The notes: a model not told the origin generated them from the letters alone. 64,000 bases of DNA from Thelocarpon superellum (GCA_026025795.1 JAPEUG010000047.1:1-64000); one strand, 5' to 3'; counted from the stretch's first letter, positions 10,342 through 23,605 are shown. Numbers and translations are program-made.

Positions 10342-13038
10342 ATGAATCAAAGGGACGGGCCGACCGCTGCTGCCCCTGCCGCGCCCGCCGCCGCTCGTTT
10401 CCCCCACACTCCCTCCAAGCTGTCCCTGAGCAACGGAAACCACACCGGCTTCTCTCATGGCGCCTACAACTCCAACCAAACCGCCAGCGGGTATGGGGAT
10501 CGCCACCCCCGCCGAGCCAACATCGCCTCCATCAATACCAGCTCTGCCCAGAACAATGGCGGGGATCTGACCACGCCCGGCACAGCCTTTGACATGCAAT
10601 TCACCCCGCTGCTGCCCTCCCAACTTCTCCTCGGCAGCCCCTTCCAGCCCGGCAGTCCCACCACGTTTGCCTCTCCACAATTCTCCAGCTTTGGTGGCTT
10701 TGCCCAGCCGCAGCTGGGGAACCAGCATCAGAATCAACAGGGTCACATGAACAACGGCCTCCAGGCCCAGCAGATGCCGCTGTCGCCCCAACTCTACCAA
10801 AATTCGTCCGGCTACGCGGTCCCGCAGCTTTTCTCGCCGCAGTCACCTACTTTTGGCTACTCCAATGCCGGCCACCAGGGCATGGCGACGACGGCGTCGG
10901 CACAGATGTCCCTCGGCCCTGGGGCGCTGTCCGGCACCAGCCGCACCGTCTACCTGGGCAACATCCCGCCCGAGACGTCAGCCGAGGAGATCCTGGGCCA
11001 CGTGCGCAGCGGACAGATCGAGTCGGTTCGCCTGCTTCCGGACAAGAACTGCGCCTTCATCTCCTTCTTGGATGGGAGCTCGGCCACGCACTTCCACTCG
11101 GACGCCATCTTGAAGAAGCTGACCATTCGTGGCCAAGACATCAAGGTGGGCTGGGGCAAGCCCTCGCAGGTGCCCACTTCCGTCGCCCTGGCCGTGCAGC
11201 AGTCGGGGGCGTCGCGCAACGTCTATTTGGGCAATCTGTCGGAGGACGTGACGGAAGAGGAACTCCGCGAGGATCTGGGTAAATTTGGTGCCATCGACAC
11301 GGTCAAGATCGTCAAGGAGAAGGCCATTGCCTTTGTCCACTTTCTCTCCATCGGCAATGCCATCAAGGCCGTCTCGCAACTGCCCCAAGAGCCCAAGTGG
11401 CAGTCGCCGCGTCGCGTGTACTACGGCAAGGATCGGTGCGCCTACGTGTCCAAGACGCAGCAGCAGAACGCGGCCCAGTATCTGGGCATCGCGCCCGGCT
11501 ATGCACACGTCCTCAACGGGGCCGATCGTGATCTGATCTCCAACGCGTTGGCGCAGCAGTCCGTCGCTGCCGCCGCCGTGGCGACGTCGGCCGGCGGCGT
11601 GAGCAATCTCGGGAACCGGACGGTGTACCTCGGGAACATCCATCCGGAGACGACCATCGAGGAGGTGTGTAACGTGGTGCGCGGTGGCTTGTTACACCAC
11701 ATACGGTACATCCCCGACAAGCACATCTGCTTTGTGACCTTCATCGATCCCACCTCGGCGGCCTCCTTCTACGCCCTGAGCAATCTGCAGGGCTTGATGA
11801 TCCACAATCGACGCTTGAAGATCGGGTGGGGCAAGCACTCGGGTGCCCTGCCACCGGCCATCGCGCTCGCCGTCAGTGGCGGCGCCTCGCGGAACGTGTA
11901 TGTCGGGAACCTTGACGAATCGTGGAGCGAGGAGCGTCTGCGACAGGACTTTCAAGAGTATGGGGAGATTGAGCTGGTCAACACCTTGCGCGAGAAGAGC
12001 TGTGCCTTTGTCAACTTCACCAACATTGCGAATGCCATCAAGGCCATCGAGGCCGTGCGCGGTCGCGAGGACTATCGACGATTTAAGATCAACTTTGGCA
12101 AGGATCGATGTGGCAATCCGCCTCGGCAGACGGCCCAGAATCATCAACAACACCACAACCAGCCGCAGTCACAACAACAGCAACAGCAACAGCAACCGCA
12201 GCAGCAACCGCAGCAGCAGCACAGCGCGGGATCGAATGGCAACCTGGGAGGCGCGGAGAGCTACCCGTCACCTCGTTCCATTTCCGCCGGACCGCCGCCG
12301 GGTCAAAGCCACTCTGGATCTGGCAACAGCCCTGCCCTGTCTCCTGCGCCCGGTTCGATCGGAGCGGCGTCGAGCAATGGCCACCACGCTCCGCCACACG
12401 CACCCACGCCGTCGGCCATCCTCAACGCCGGCAGCAACAACCCGTTGACCATATACCTGAACCAGGTTTCGAGCCAGCAACATGAGCAACAGCAGCAGCA
12501 GCAGCAGCAGCAGGCTGAGCAGTACCACGCCGATCCTTACTCGGTGGCGTCGCTGCAACAGCAGCAACAACAAGTGCTGGCCACGCAGCAAGCCGCCTTG
12601 TACAATGGGACAGGCGTGGATCTGATCGGTGCTGCCTTGTCGGAGTCGATCACGCCGCAGCACCACTTTAGCCACCATCATGGGCTGAATGGTGTGAGCA
12701 CCGCCGCGAGCACGATGGGGGGCTTGTTGGCGCCGTCGGCGGCGAACATGAACTTGGCCCGCGGTCAACACGCGCGTGCGCTCAGCATGCCCATCTTCTC
12801 GCAGGGACCGACGCAGAATTCCTTCAACGCGCAAGCCCCGCCCTCGCAGAACCATTCGCACCACCAACACCAGCACAGCGGACTCGTTGGGATGCACTCG
12901 GGCTTTGGGGGATTTAGCAACGGCGGGTTTGGTGGCAATGCCTTCGGGAACGGTGGTTTTGGTGCCGGCGGATACGGTCTGGCGATCCAAGGTGACGGCG
13001 GTCTCAATGGCTGGGCTGAAGAAGAAGCGGGAGCTTAA
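10342..13038 (+). CDS. nrd1: Four-RRM RNA-binding protein, S. pombe Nrd1 / yeast Mrn1 type (differentiation regulator), with Q/H-rich low-complexity tail
   Basis: Four RRMs ([28 protein letters not shown]), with each pair ending YGKDRC/FGKDRC. First in-frame ATG at 10342; coding region is intronless. Confidence 0.88.
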   Translation: MNQRDGPTAAAPAAPAAARFPHTPSKLSLSNGNHTGFSHGAYNSNQTASGYGDRHPRRANIASINTSSAQNNGGDLTTPGTAFDMQFTPLLPSQLLLGSPFQPGSPTTFASPQFSSFGGFAQPQLGNQHQNQQGHMNNGLQAQQMPLSPQLYQNSSGYAVPQLFSPQSPTFGYSNAGHQGMATTASAQMSLGPGALSGTSRTVYLGNIPPETSAEEILGHVRSGQIESVRLLPDKNCAFISFLDGSSATHFHSDAILKKLTIRGQDIKVGWGKPSQVPTSVALAVQQSGASRNVYLGNLSEDVTEEELREDLGKFGAIDTVKIVKEKAIAFVHFLSIGNAIKAVSQLPQEPKWQSPRRVYYGKDRCAYVSKTQQQNAAQYLGIAPGYAHVLNGADRDLISNALAQQSVAAAAVATSAGGVSNLGNRTVYLGNIHPETTIEEVCNVVRGGLLHHIRYIPDKHICFVTFIDPTSAASFYALSNLQGLMIHNRRLKIGWGKHSGALPPAIALAVSGGASRNVYVGNLDESWSEERLRQDFQEYGEIELVNTLREKSCAFVNFTNIANAIKAIEAVRGREDYRRFKINFGKDRCGNPPRQTAQNHQQHHNQPQSQQQQQQQQPQQQPQQQHSAGSNGNLGGAESYPSPRSISAGPPPGQSHSGSGNSPALSPAPGSIGAASSNGHHAPPHAPTPSAILNAGSNNPLTIYLNQVSSQQHEQQQQQQQQQAEQYHADPYSVASLQQQQQQVLATQQAALYNGTGVDLIGAALSESITPQHHFSHHHGLNGVSTAASTMGGLLAPSAANMNLARGQHARALSMPIFSQGPTQNSFNAQAPPSQNHSHHQHQHSGLVGMHSGFGGFSNGGFGGNAFGNGGFGAGGYGLAIQGDGGLNGWAEEEAGA
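12172..12219 (+). repeat. CAA/CAG poly-glutamine coding repeat in nrd1 (second tract near 12487-12513)
   Basis: Encodes [16 protein letters not shown]. Confidence 0.85.
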
Positions 13039-13856
13039 TGATGCTGATGCATTCATTACCCTTGACACCCTCGACACCCTTGACACTCTTTGACTTTCAT
13101 TCCACGTTCTTTGTCTCTTTTCGTGCTTGCTTGGTTTGACGTGCGCATGTCTCCAATTTCCTTTCTTTCTCTCCCGTCTCCGATTCCGCCTCCGTCTCTC
13201 AGCTTGGACCTGCTATTACTTATTCTCTCTTTCTCCATTCCGTTTCTCTTTCTCTTGCTGCCGCATTATCCACAAGCTCTTCGAGTCTGGATCGCTTTGT
13301 TCATTCATTGGCCCCTAGGGCGGGAGGAGGTAAGGCGGAGGGAGGGGAGAGGAGAGCGAAGCAAGTACAACGTTGTAACTATAATATCTGGGCATCTCTC
13401 GTCGGTTGCGGTTGCAATTGATCGACCGACCGACTGACGCATGGATGGAAGGATGGCTGGAGTGACAGATGGACGGGACGGGGCCAGGAGGACTTGTGGC
13501 CTAACTTCTAATTGGTTGTGAGAGGGATTTTGAGTGGGTGAGTTTGTACGAGGACGGGGAGAAGATATGTGTGGAAGTGAGATTGAGAGATTAAGATTGA
13601 GACTGAGACCGAGATGAGAAGAGAAAGAGAGGGGAGGAGCAGGAGAAGAAGGAGAATCTGGTTTACGTACGTGTGTGCTATGTATTGCATTTGATCTTGG
13701 TATATAGTGCATGGTTATCGATTGTTCGACTATTAGAAATACGTACCTTGAGCAGGTCAGTGAATGGGAGTATACACTCGACGAATGTCAAGGTCTTGAT
13801 ACTCCTACTCACCCTCGTACTTGTACTCGCACTCGTACCCTGGATATTTATTCAAA

Positions 13857-13878
13857 CCGATCCGATCCGATCCGATCC
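13857..13878. repeat. (CCGAT)4 microsatellite in the nrd1/fasciclin convergent intergenic region
   Basis: ccgatccgatccgatccgatcc. Confidence 0.8.
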
Positions 13879-14276
13879 TATTTGTTTGTTGGTATGAGGG
13901 TCTATCCGCTTGCTTACGTCCCCTCCTTGTCGGTCTTATACATTCTCAGAGAGTCCGAGAGAGTGAATGAAGAATTATAGATTAACCTATGTATCAATCA
14001 ATCAATCCTCGTCCCCGTATAGCTCCGGTGTGTGGTGCTCGCCTTATATGGGTAGGATGAGATCATGGCATGGCATGGTCTGGTAGCAAAGAATGGTATG
14101 AAACGCGATCCCAGCCTCGCTCCTCTCCGCTCGGCTCCTTTCTACTCCACGCCAGGACACGACAGACGACAAATGACAAACGACAAACGACAAACGACGA
14201 AGCGCGAAGCGTAATGAGCCACGGTACGATGGTACGGCGTGATTCGACGCATCACAGTCGCATCGTCACCATCACA

Positions 14277-15609
14277 TCACAACATAGCAGCCATAAAGGC
14301 CGCACCGCCAAACAGCGCAGCGACCATGCCAGAGTCCGAAGCCAGAGTGGGCGCCGCGCCACCCTTGCTGGTCTTGGTGGCCCCCGTAGCCGACGTAGCC
14401 GCGGCGCCGGACGTGGCGGCCGCAGTGGCCGCCGCGTTGCTGCCGCTGGAGCTGGTGGCGGAGTTGGACGGGCTCGAGGATACCGTCGTCGGGAAGTCGC
14501 TCGTGAATGGCGTGTCCGCGACCGACGTCCCCGGGATGATCGGCGGCTGCGTCGGAATCGCCGGGTTGGGCGTCACGTCCGTTGCGTTGTAGTCCAGTAC
14601 GCTGATAGGTCGGGAGTGTGTTAGTCGGCCGTCATGGGATAAGGAGATGGGAGGGAGAGGGGGCTCACTTGTCGATGATGTGCATGACGCCATTGGACAG
14701 GATAATGTCCTTCTGGAGCAGCTGGGCGTTGTTGACATATTGCGAATTACTGCCGCTGTAGATGGTCAAGTTCAGGCCGGTGCTCGAGACCAGCACGGTG
14801 TTGTTGTTCAGCATGGTGGAGAAATTGACCGTGCCGTTGATGACGTGGTATCCCAGCACCTTGGTCAGCTCCTCGACCGTCATGTTCTCCAGCCCGCTGC
14901 CGACCCGCGCAAAGGCGTCGTTATTGGGCGCGAAGATGGTCACGTTCTCCTCCGTGTCCAGCGTATCGTTCAGCCCGGCCTTGGACGCTGCTCCTCCCAT
15001 CGCCGTCAGGTTGAACTGCCGCGTCGTGTTCATGAAGTCTTGCGGCGGCACCAGGAAGGTGTCGATGACTTGGATCGTGCCGCCGTCAAAGGCAATGTCC
15101 TGGAGATGCTCTTAGCATGGGGCCCATCAGCTGTTCGGGAGACGTACCGGCTGCGTCAGGGTCGAGCGAGAGCCCAGACCCGACACAAAAACAATCACAT
15201 CGCCCGCTTGTCGCACCGCCTGCACGGGTGCACCACCGGTGAAGTTGACGTAGCTGTCGTTGGTCAAGTAAGTCGGGAGGAAGAGCGGGGTGGTTTGGAT
15301 TGTGGTCGACTCGAGCGTGCCATTGAGGATGTGGTACTCCAGCACGGCGCGGATGGTGTCGGTGTCATTGGCGGCAAAGGCCGGGCCCAGATCCGAGTAG
15401 GCAATCTTGTTGAAGGCGTCGTTGCTCGGCGCGAGGATGGAGAGATGCTGGAGGGAGGAGAAGGGGGCGGTGATGTCGCCAAAGCTCCCGAGGAGCGCGT
15501 TGAATTGCGTCAGGTTGGAGTTGCCGGCCAGCACCGTCTGGAGGTCCGGGCCCGCGCACGCCGAGACGGCAAGGGAGGCCAGGACGAGCCCATGGCGTCC
15601 GGAGAGCAT
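14277..15609 (-). CDS. Secreted, probably GPI-anchored tandem fasciclin (FAS1) domain protein; introns 15147-15100, 14668-14602
   Basis: Signal peptide MLSGRHGLVLASLAVSACAG. Two FAS1 domains (ILAPSNDAF...LEYHI; TIFAPNNDAF...LGYHVI; NGVMHIID), a Ser/Thr/Ala stalk and a hydrophobic C-terminal GPI-type signal. Confidence 0.88.
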
Positions 15610-16726
15610 GATGACAGGCAGTGGGGTGTCAACGGCCACGGGGGCTTCTGAAGATGAAGTTTCGACGGAGGTTCGCGATGAACCTTCTCACATCGACGGG
15701 CGGAAAGCACAATTGCAGCAGAAGGGAACACAAAAAGATCGATTGCTACACAAACAAATTACAACGAGTATGGTTACAAGAGCAGATTTAAAGGGTGGCG
15801 GCGACGACGAAGACGTCGACGGCCGGGTGCATCTTGGCCCACCGCATTATCCTGTGGGCCGGAGTGCTCAGGCCGGGCGTGTCTGCGCGGGTGGCCGCTC
15901 GTCCAGGGGACCGGGCGGATAGGGTGGATGGACAGTTGTGGCGTCGTTAATTCCAAAATAGCCGTGCAGAGCCGTGCAGGTGCTGGTGCAAGTCAAACAA
16001 TAGTCTCGACTTACCTCACCAGGTCGTCGTCGCTCGGCCCGGCCGGGCGTGCCCACTGCGCAACAAGCACCGTGCGCTACCCAGTTCCGTCACTCCCAAG
16101 CATGGTCCTCCGTGTCAGAGCCTGCAAGGCGGCTGCAGGTCTCAGTTACGGGTGACTGGTAGTTACATCGCTGGGTGCAGCGACCATCCCACGACCATCG
16201 CACGGCCTCCCACCACCTCTTCCACGCGCAGGCACGCTGAACCTACCCTGGATGAGTCCTGGTAGCTTGTTGGGACGCGCATTGGGATGCAGCACCTGCG
16301 CTGGATGCACAGGATGCAACAGGACCCGCTTGGGTGCAGCAGTGGAGCCTGGCGGCGTTGCAGGGACATTACAAGGTGCACTCCCACAACGCTGGGACGT
16401 GATTGCCCGAGCACCTGTGCTGGCGGACGGGGACTATCTCGCGGCTCAATTGGCTGCCCCGGAGCCAGCGAGCGAGCGAGCGCTCCAAAGCTGGTGTGTC
16501 GATCGTGGATCGACAGGGGTTGCCCGGTTGCCCGCTTCGCCAAGCAGCAGCAGTTGTTCGTCACGGTAATACTTGGTCATATTGGTCATAAACGAGCGCG
16601 CGTCGTGACGCTCGAGGGCGATCGCCTGTCGGCTTCGACCTTGTCCGCCAATCGCTGCCACCTATGAACACTTCCACACCTTTCCACACCTCACTCACAC
16701 CTACGCACGCCCACTTACACTGTCGG

Positions 16727-16791
16727 CGCCCACTCGGCGCCCACTCGCCCGCTCGCCCACTCGCCCACTCGCCCTCTCGCCTACTCGCACT
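16727..16791. repeat. Degenerate 8-bp tandem repeat (CGCCCACT)n, about 7-8 copies
   Basis: cgcccact-cgg-cgcccact-cgcccgct-cgcccact-cgcccact-cgccctct-cgcctact-cgcact, read directly in the fasciclin/GT69 intergenic region. Confidence 0.8.
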
Positions 16792-17248
16792 GCTGGTGCA
16801 AGCTCATTCTGTGACCTAGCTCGGAAGACGCATGCGTCCCACCTGCAGTTGGGCACGTCTGTGCTCAACGTGAGCGCGTCTGTCCTTTCGTCCTCCCTGG
16901 CTTCTTTAGCTTCTTGGCGCCCTCTGTCGCAGCTCACCTCGCCAACTTTTTCTTTGACATTATTATTGAGAGGACGTCCTTCGGCACGCCAGCTTGGCTC
17001 GGCCGACGCTAGCACCTCGCTTCTTCTAGCGCGATCCGTCGGGTGGGGATTGCGCGGCGCGCTGGGGTCTTGGTGGTGTCCCGTTGCAACGACGAGATTC
17101 ACAGCCAATCACATGTGCTGATGCCGGCAGATCTTCAGCCTCCTGTCTTGTTCAAGCCGTGGAAGAGCTCACGTCGTTTGCCAGAGCTGGGCTGATTCAG
17201 ATTGAGACCGAGGAGGAGAAGAGAGCGTGCTGCGCATCATGACTCACC

Positions 17249-18966
17249 ATGCCTACACGTGGCTTTCACCCGGAGGAACATGAGCTTACGCGCCGACTGT
17301 CGCGCGATTCCGAATCGGATTCCGATGGCTTCAATCTCGATGACGTCGATCCCACCTCGGAGTCTCAGGCATTCATCAAGCCATCTCTTCCGCCTGGATC
17401 GCCTTGGCTCCATCATTGGCGATCCGTCCTCTGTCCAGGACAAGGTCATGGTCGGCCCAGTGCGCGACGCTCCCCGCGAACATGTTTCCCTCGCCGGAAA
17501 GTTCGCCATCTTTCCTGTGCGCTCGTCGCCGTCCTTGCGGGCTTGTTGCTGTTGCTCGTCGTTGCCTCGCTGCTTGATCCGTCGTACAGCACTCCTCCAG
17601 CTCATTATCAAGCGTTGCGGGAGCAGGCGTGGGCATCGGGATATGCCAATCCCCGCAATGAGTCGGTCTTCATCGCGGCCAATATCGTCGATGAGGCCTT
17701 GATCCGTGGCGCGTGGGGCCAGGCCGTGTTGGACCTCGTCAGCCTGCTCGGTCCGGCCCATGTTTTCCTGAGTATCTACGAGAATGACTCGGGACCGGGC
17801 ACGGCTCAGGCGCTGCAAGAATTGAAGCTGCGGGTCCCTTGTAAGCAGACCCCCTTTTCTTTTTCGGCTCAGTTGACGCTGACCGGCTAGGTGATGCGTC
17901 CATCGTCTCCGACCATCTACCGCTCGCGGACATTGCAACCGTGACGTTGCCCACGGGAGAACGGCGAATCAAGCGCGTCGCCTATCTGGCCGAAGTACGC
18001 AATCGAGCGCTGAGTCCGCTCGAGGCCCATGGCACCCGCTTCGACAAGCTGTTGTTCCTGAATGACGTTATCTTCGCGCCTCTCGACGCCGCCCAGTTGC
18101 TCTTCTCCACTAATCTTGACCTTGACGGCCGAACCAAGTATCGAGCCGCTTGTGCCGTGGATTTCATCAACCCCTTCAAATTCTACGACACCTTTGCCTC
18201 GCGGGATCTGGAAGGATATAGCATGGGCGTTCCCTTCTTCCCATGGTTCTCCAACGCCGGTGCCGGAGAGAGTCGACGTGACGTCCTGGCTGGCAAGGAT
18301 GCGGTCCGCGTGAGAAGCTGCTGGGGTGGCATGGTCGCCTTCGAGGCCAAGTGGTTCCAACCACCACTGTTGACGGAAGGCTCGCCAACTGGGAAGCCGC
18401 ACGCCGTCGAGATTGCCAAAGAGGCCAAGGAGATCCCTCGCCGCTCCACGCCCGGTGCCGACAACGCTCCCGTGCGCTTCCGGAGCGAGACGGACACGTT
18501 CTGGGATGCCTCGGAATGCTGTCTGATCCATGCCGACCTTCAGCCGGCCCGCACTCCCGGCCAGATTGCGGCGGACACGGAGATCTTCGTGAATCCTTTC
18601 GTCCGTGTCGCGTACGGGACGTGGACCTTTGGATGGCTCGGCACGACCCGCCGCTGGGAGAAGCTCTACACCATCCCGCACGATCTGGTCAATCGATTGG
18701 CCGGCCTACCCTCGTTCAATCCGCGACGCACTGAGATCGAAGGGGAGGAGGTGCTGGAGAAAGTCTGGGTCAACGAAGATGGCATGCCACGGGATGAGCG
18801 CAGAGATGTTGCTCTCGGTCCAAGGGCTGGTTCGTACCAGAGCACCCGCCGAACGGCGGGACGAGGGGGCTTCTGTGGCACGCGGAAGCTGCTGGTGCTC
18901 AAGACCGACCCCAGACCGGGCGAGAAGATGTGGGAGAGTTTGCCCGTCCCAGCCGTGTCCGTGTGA
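17249..18966 (+). CDS. Glycosyltransferase family 69 (CAP59/CMT1-like alpha-1,3-mannosyltransferase); intron 17841-17890
   Basis: Type II transmembrane anchor, VFLSIYENDS, RVAYLAEVRNRAL, LLFLNDV, FYDTFASRD, VRSCWGGM and ASECCLIHADL motifs. Confidence 0.88.
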
Positions 18967-19442
18967 CGGTATCGATGAGAGGTGGGATCATTCCCTGGGC
19001 ATAGCGATGGCGTTCCAATGTGTTTCGAGCAGCATGGTGGCCCTTTTCTCCCTCCTATCTCACACGTCGATGATCTTGGCCGTGTGAATGATTACCCTGG
19101 GTCCATCATGATGATGCGATCCAGGATGTCATCGACGACTTGACGCACGACCTCTGGCCAATCATGTCCCATTCACACCCGATTGTAATTCCACGTCGCC
19201 ATCTCGTTCACAGAGATTAACAATCGCGTGTGCATGCCGCCCAATTCGGCTTGGCCGGCGAATTAAATGTGGCGCGCCCCCGTCGCTCATTAATCTATTT
19301 TGACGCCTGCGGTGCCAGGTCGCTCCGGTCGCTTTCCATCTTCCTCGCCTTCTCCCCCGTGGTTCGCTCGTCCACTGCCCACGCCGGCTCCATCATCACC
19401 ACCGAAAGCCACCCGGCACCCTGCCCCCCGAACACCGCCACG

Positions 19443-21662
19443 ATGGCGGCATCGGACAACCCAGAGCGCGCTCTCAGCATCTTTGAGCAAATCATGCGAA
19501 AGAACATCGATGCCTTTTCCCTCTCTGCGTCGAAGCCCACCACGGCTGCCGCCAACCCCACGGCCGTGGAGGGAGCGACCCATCTGACACCCGTCCCCGC
19601 CGACGGGGAAAATGTCCACCCCGCCGGATCATCTGCCGATCGTACCCGGGCTCCGATCCCGGACCCCTCGCTGCCCGCCCCCCTGCAGCCTCCGGTGGAA
19701 GGCGTGGAGATCCGCACGTTTCAACATCCATCGGATATCCTGGCTCCCCCCCCGGCTCCTCGTGATCCTGGTGCCACTGGAGGCCCATCCTTATTGGATT
19801 CGCCGGTAGGGAAAGGTCAGATGCGTACGGCCCGCCCTAGTGTTCGTGATGATCTGCCCACATCGTCACACCGTCCGCAGGATGCCACGGGGCGTGACGG
19901 GTCGGCAGTGGGCGCGTCCGCTCTCGAGCCTGCGGGTCCCGACGTGGGCCAAGCGTCCGGCCAAAAGATCGAGGGCCCAGGGAAGGTCCCTGCCAATCCT
20001 CCCTCGCGGGAAGCAGGTGGGTTGGAGCAAGCGGCCGGAGGTGCTGTTCTGCAGCGCCCTGCCACCCTCAAGAGCAGCCGGTGGGCCCCGCCGAGCGTCT
20101 TTGTCAAGGTCAAGGAGGCCCCACCGGAGGCCACCGCTGCTCATCTCTCATCTCACCTCCAGATTATCCCACGCTCGGCGTCGCATCTGCCGACCGAGGC
20201 GCTCGACCCGCTCTTCGCCCCGGGAGCCGCGAGTGCGGCCGACAATTATCCCTCTCGTGTCCCGGACTGGGCCGCGGCCGTGCTGGCCCAGCCGCAGGGC
20301 CCTGCCGCAGGTTGTCGCGATGAGGTGTATGCTCGATTTCGCGAGCTAAAGCACTCCATCGAGGATCACCGCTGGGACAAGGACGACGATTACCCCTGTC
20401 TCAACACCTTGATGTTGAAAGCCCTCGCTCGCAGCGACATGAATCTTCTGGAGAACGCCTTCTTCGCATTCATGTCGCGAGAGAAGACGGACGCGGCGCC
20501 CTTGGAGGCGCTCCCACCTCCGGATCAAGTCACGAAGTATGCCTCCGCTGCCACCTGGGTTCAAGCGGCGCGCTCGGCGTCCGGGAGCAAGCTGCAGCCT
20601 ACAGCTAGCCTCTACATTCCAGCTCAGAAGGACACGGCGGTCGAGTCGTCGCCGCAGGGGACGGGGAAGGAAAAGGGAGCGGCTCGCGGCAGTTTCTTGC
20701 CAACGGTCGGCAAGACGTCACGACCTACGCTCCTTGCCGTCCCGCCCGAGATCGTTCCAACTGATACGCAGCCTCCGGTCGAAACGCCGCCGTCGGAGCA
20801 AACGAGGAAGGGCAAGGGACGCGCCAGTAGTACGGTGGAAGCCAAGAAGACCGTGACGGGGGTGCCTTCGGGCTTGGCCGCGCGGGGCCCTACGAAGAAG
20901 GGTCCGTGATGTTCTCTCCACGCGTCCATAACACGTACTGACGAGGGTGGGATGACAGCGGCTCTTGTCCGTCGCGTGGCTCTGAGCAACCTGTTCCCAG
21001 ATTCGACCGCGACTTCCATCCTGTCCTTGGTAAGCCACGGAGCATTGGAGAAGATCACCGTGGGCATGTCACACACGTCGGCTTTGGTCTTCTTCCTCCA
21101 CGCCGAAGAATGCCACAAATATGTCGAGGCTACATCGGGATCCTTCACCACGAACACGGGAACCGTCTTCGTGTCCCTGGGCGATGTCGTCGACCCTGTG
21201 GACGAGGTGCTTCAAGCCCTGATTGACAGCGGCGCGACGCGTTGCATCAAGGTCATGATGATCAAGGGAGAGAAAGGACAGCAGCATCTCGCGGGCCTCA
21301 CGAAGAAGCAAGGGAACAAGGTTGAAAATTTCGAGCTCATCACGACCGACATGGCGGTGAGTGCCCTGCACTTTTCCTACAGCGGGCGCCACGATCATGC
21401 TCACGTGGAGCGCCTTAGAACCAACAAGCCATCATCCGCTTCTGCAACATCCGCGACGCGGTGCGCTTCAAGGGCGAGTTGGTCCGCGATCATGGTTGCG
21501 AGCAGAACAACGTCATATTTGATCCTGATCCGTAAGCGTCCATGTCGAGTCGAGTTTGAGAGAGGAGATGGACTGACGGTAGCTTGATCTAGCTGTGCCA
21601 CCCCGAGACTCTTCAATGTGTCCATTGACGAACTGGGATATGGATGGGAGGAGTTGGTGTAG
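19443..21662 (+). CDS. Uncharacterised protein with a long disordered N-terminus and C-terminal degenerate tandem RRM-like domains; introns 20902-20958, 21357-21418, 21532-21592
   Basis: The 19230-20909 ORF is joined in frame by GT-AG introns to RRVALSNL...ALVFF, GATRCI, IIRFCNIRDA and FDPDPC; stop TAG at 21660-21662. Confidence 0.65.
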
Positions 21663-21925
21663 GGAAGACGAGCGATGGGCCAAGAGGATGAGGGCGATGA
21701 AGAAGCGTTGAAGCGAAGATGAATAGCAGTCAGGAGAGGACTCAAGCATGAAGAAAGACCGGACAAAAAAAGCTAGAAAAGGTAGACCCAAGACGGACAC
21801 AAAAATATAAAAAGTGAAGTTTACTCTGATGACTTGGTTCGTCTCGGTTCCTTTCCTACTCTAGTGATGTGGTGGTGCGTACGGGACGTAATTAGATAAG
21901 ATGATGAGAATGGTGACTGGTCGAA

Positions 21926-23605
21926 TCATCCCGTTTCCTCATCTTCATGGTCATCTCCACCATCCTCATCACCTTCCTCATTCTCATCCTCGTCCTCGTC
22001 CTCGTTCCCGTCTTCCTCGTCAGATTCGTCATCATCATCATCATCTTCTTCATCTGGGTAGTCGTTCCCATGATAATCTTCGGCTATGGATACATCACGT
22101 CAGGTCACATTCATCATCAGCTACGCTAGGAGGAGAGACAATTGGACTTGCCATTCTCATCTTCGTCGTCAACTTCATAGTCGCTGTCGTTCAGCCCGTC
22201 ATCGATCGTGTCGCCGTATGCTTCCCATTCTGCGATCGTCTCGGGTGGGACGATTAGGATGCCGATGTTGGGGGGGTGGAGATTGACGTCTGATTTGAGC
22301 TTGTGGTGGTGCTCGTGGTCGTAGTCCTGGAGAGTCGAGGGCACCATGCTCACGTGTCGCACGTACGTGTCGTACACGTAATCCCCGTCGTCGTCGCCGT
22401 CGCCATCGTGTTGCTCTGCGTCTTTCATCTCGTGGTCGGGATTCATGCTCGCTTGCTTCGCATGCTCATCAACTTCCCCTTCGAGGCCTGCGGCGTACGC
22501 CTTCAGGTCTGGGTATTGCACGGGGACGGCCCCCTTTGAATCTGGCTTTATCTCCGGTGCTGCGCTGGGCGCTGAGTCTGGTGTCGCGCGATCACCCCCC
22601 CCTTTTCTCAGCTCTTCTAGCGTGATCTGCTCCAGTAGTGCTGCCAGCTCTGGAGAATTGTAATCCCACTGCTTCACGGACGAGGATGTTGACGACGTCG
22701 ACGGGCCATCCGTACTCGTGCTCTGCTCTTTGGATTTCTCGGCGGTCGGTGCCGTACCGGTCTCCTTCTGGGGAGCACCCGCCGATGAGGAGACTTTCCC
22801 TTTCCCTTTCGCCCATTGCTGGGCGCGCCATGCCAGCTCCTGCGGCGTGGCACCCGGCCTCTTCCTGGGCAAAGGCTTCGGAAAGCCGGTGGTGTCTGCC
22901 TCTGACTCTGCAGCGCCGTCTACTGAATCGAATGCAGGGCGCCGAGGATTCAGAGTCCCGGTGTGGTCCTGACTCTTTGTCGGAGCATCCGTCGGGTCGC
23001 TCTTCTCCACAAAGGTCGCAATTTTCGGCCTGGCTGCTTTCTTGCGCTTGGTGACCCCACCACTGCGCGCCGTATACGTGTGTGCATGGTTCAGGAGCGT
23101 GGTCGACGCCGACTTGGTCAGGTGAAACCGACGCGGTGTAGACGCGATAGCGGGGAGGGGAATCGAAAGTCCGGACCCTTCCACACTCTCGGCATCCGAT
23201 GGCCGCCTGCTTGTAGAAGCCGGTCCAGCGCCTGCCGAGACATACTCCGGCGCTGCTACAGCTTGCGGGGCATCTCCCGCGTGGTCGGTCCCGACAGTAG
23301 GGACCAGGTTCCTGGGTACAGGCTCCGACTCTGGCCCATGGGCGGAGTCATCTCGTCGTCTTGAATCTAAGCGGCGGAAGAAGAATTCAGTGAAGCGACG
23401 CTTGCGTTGGTGGTGGGGACTTTGGTGGGGGGGATGTTGTTCGATGTCTGGGGGCGCAAACCAACCGAGTTAGTTCAGTCTCACGAGGAACAGCTCGCGG
23501 GGAGCGGAAGCGGAGCGGAGCAAAGGTAGCAAACATACAAAGCGCGTCGACAGGCTCTTCGTCCTTTTTGCGCTTGATTCGTACCGTCTGGGGCGGGAGC
23601 GACAT
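21926..23605 (-). CDS. IWR1: RNA polymerase II nuclear import factor Iwr1; introns 23538-23448 (GT-AG) and 22151-22084 (GC-AG)
   Basis: N-terminus PPQTVRIKRKKDEEPVDALYI, DYVYDTY and the Iwr1 signature DEDENAEDYHGNDYPDEE (formed only after splicing), followed by an acidic tail. Confidence 0.85.
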
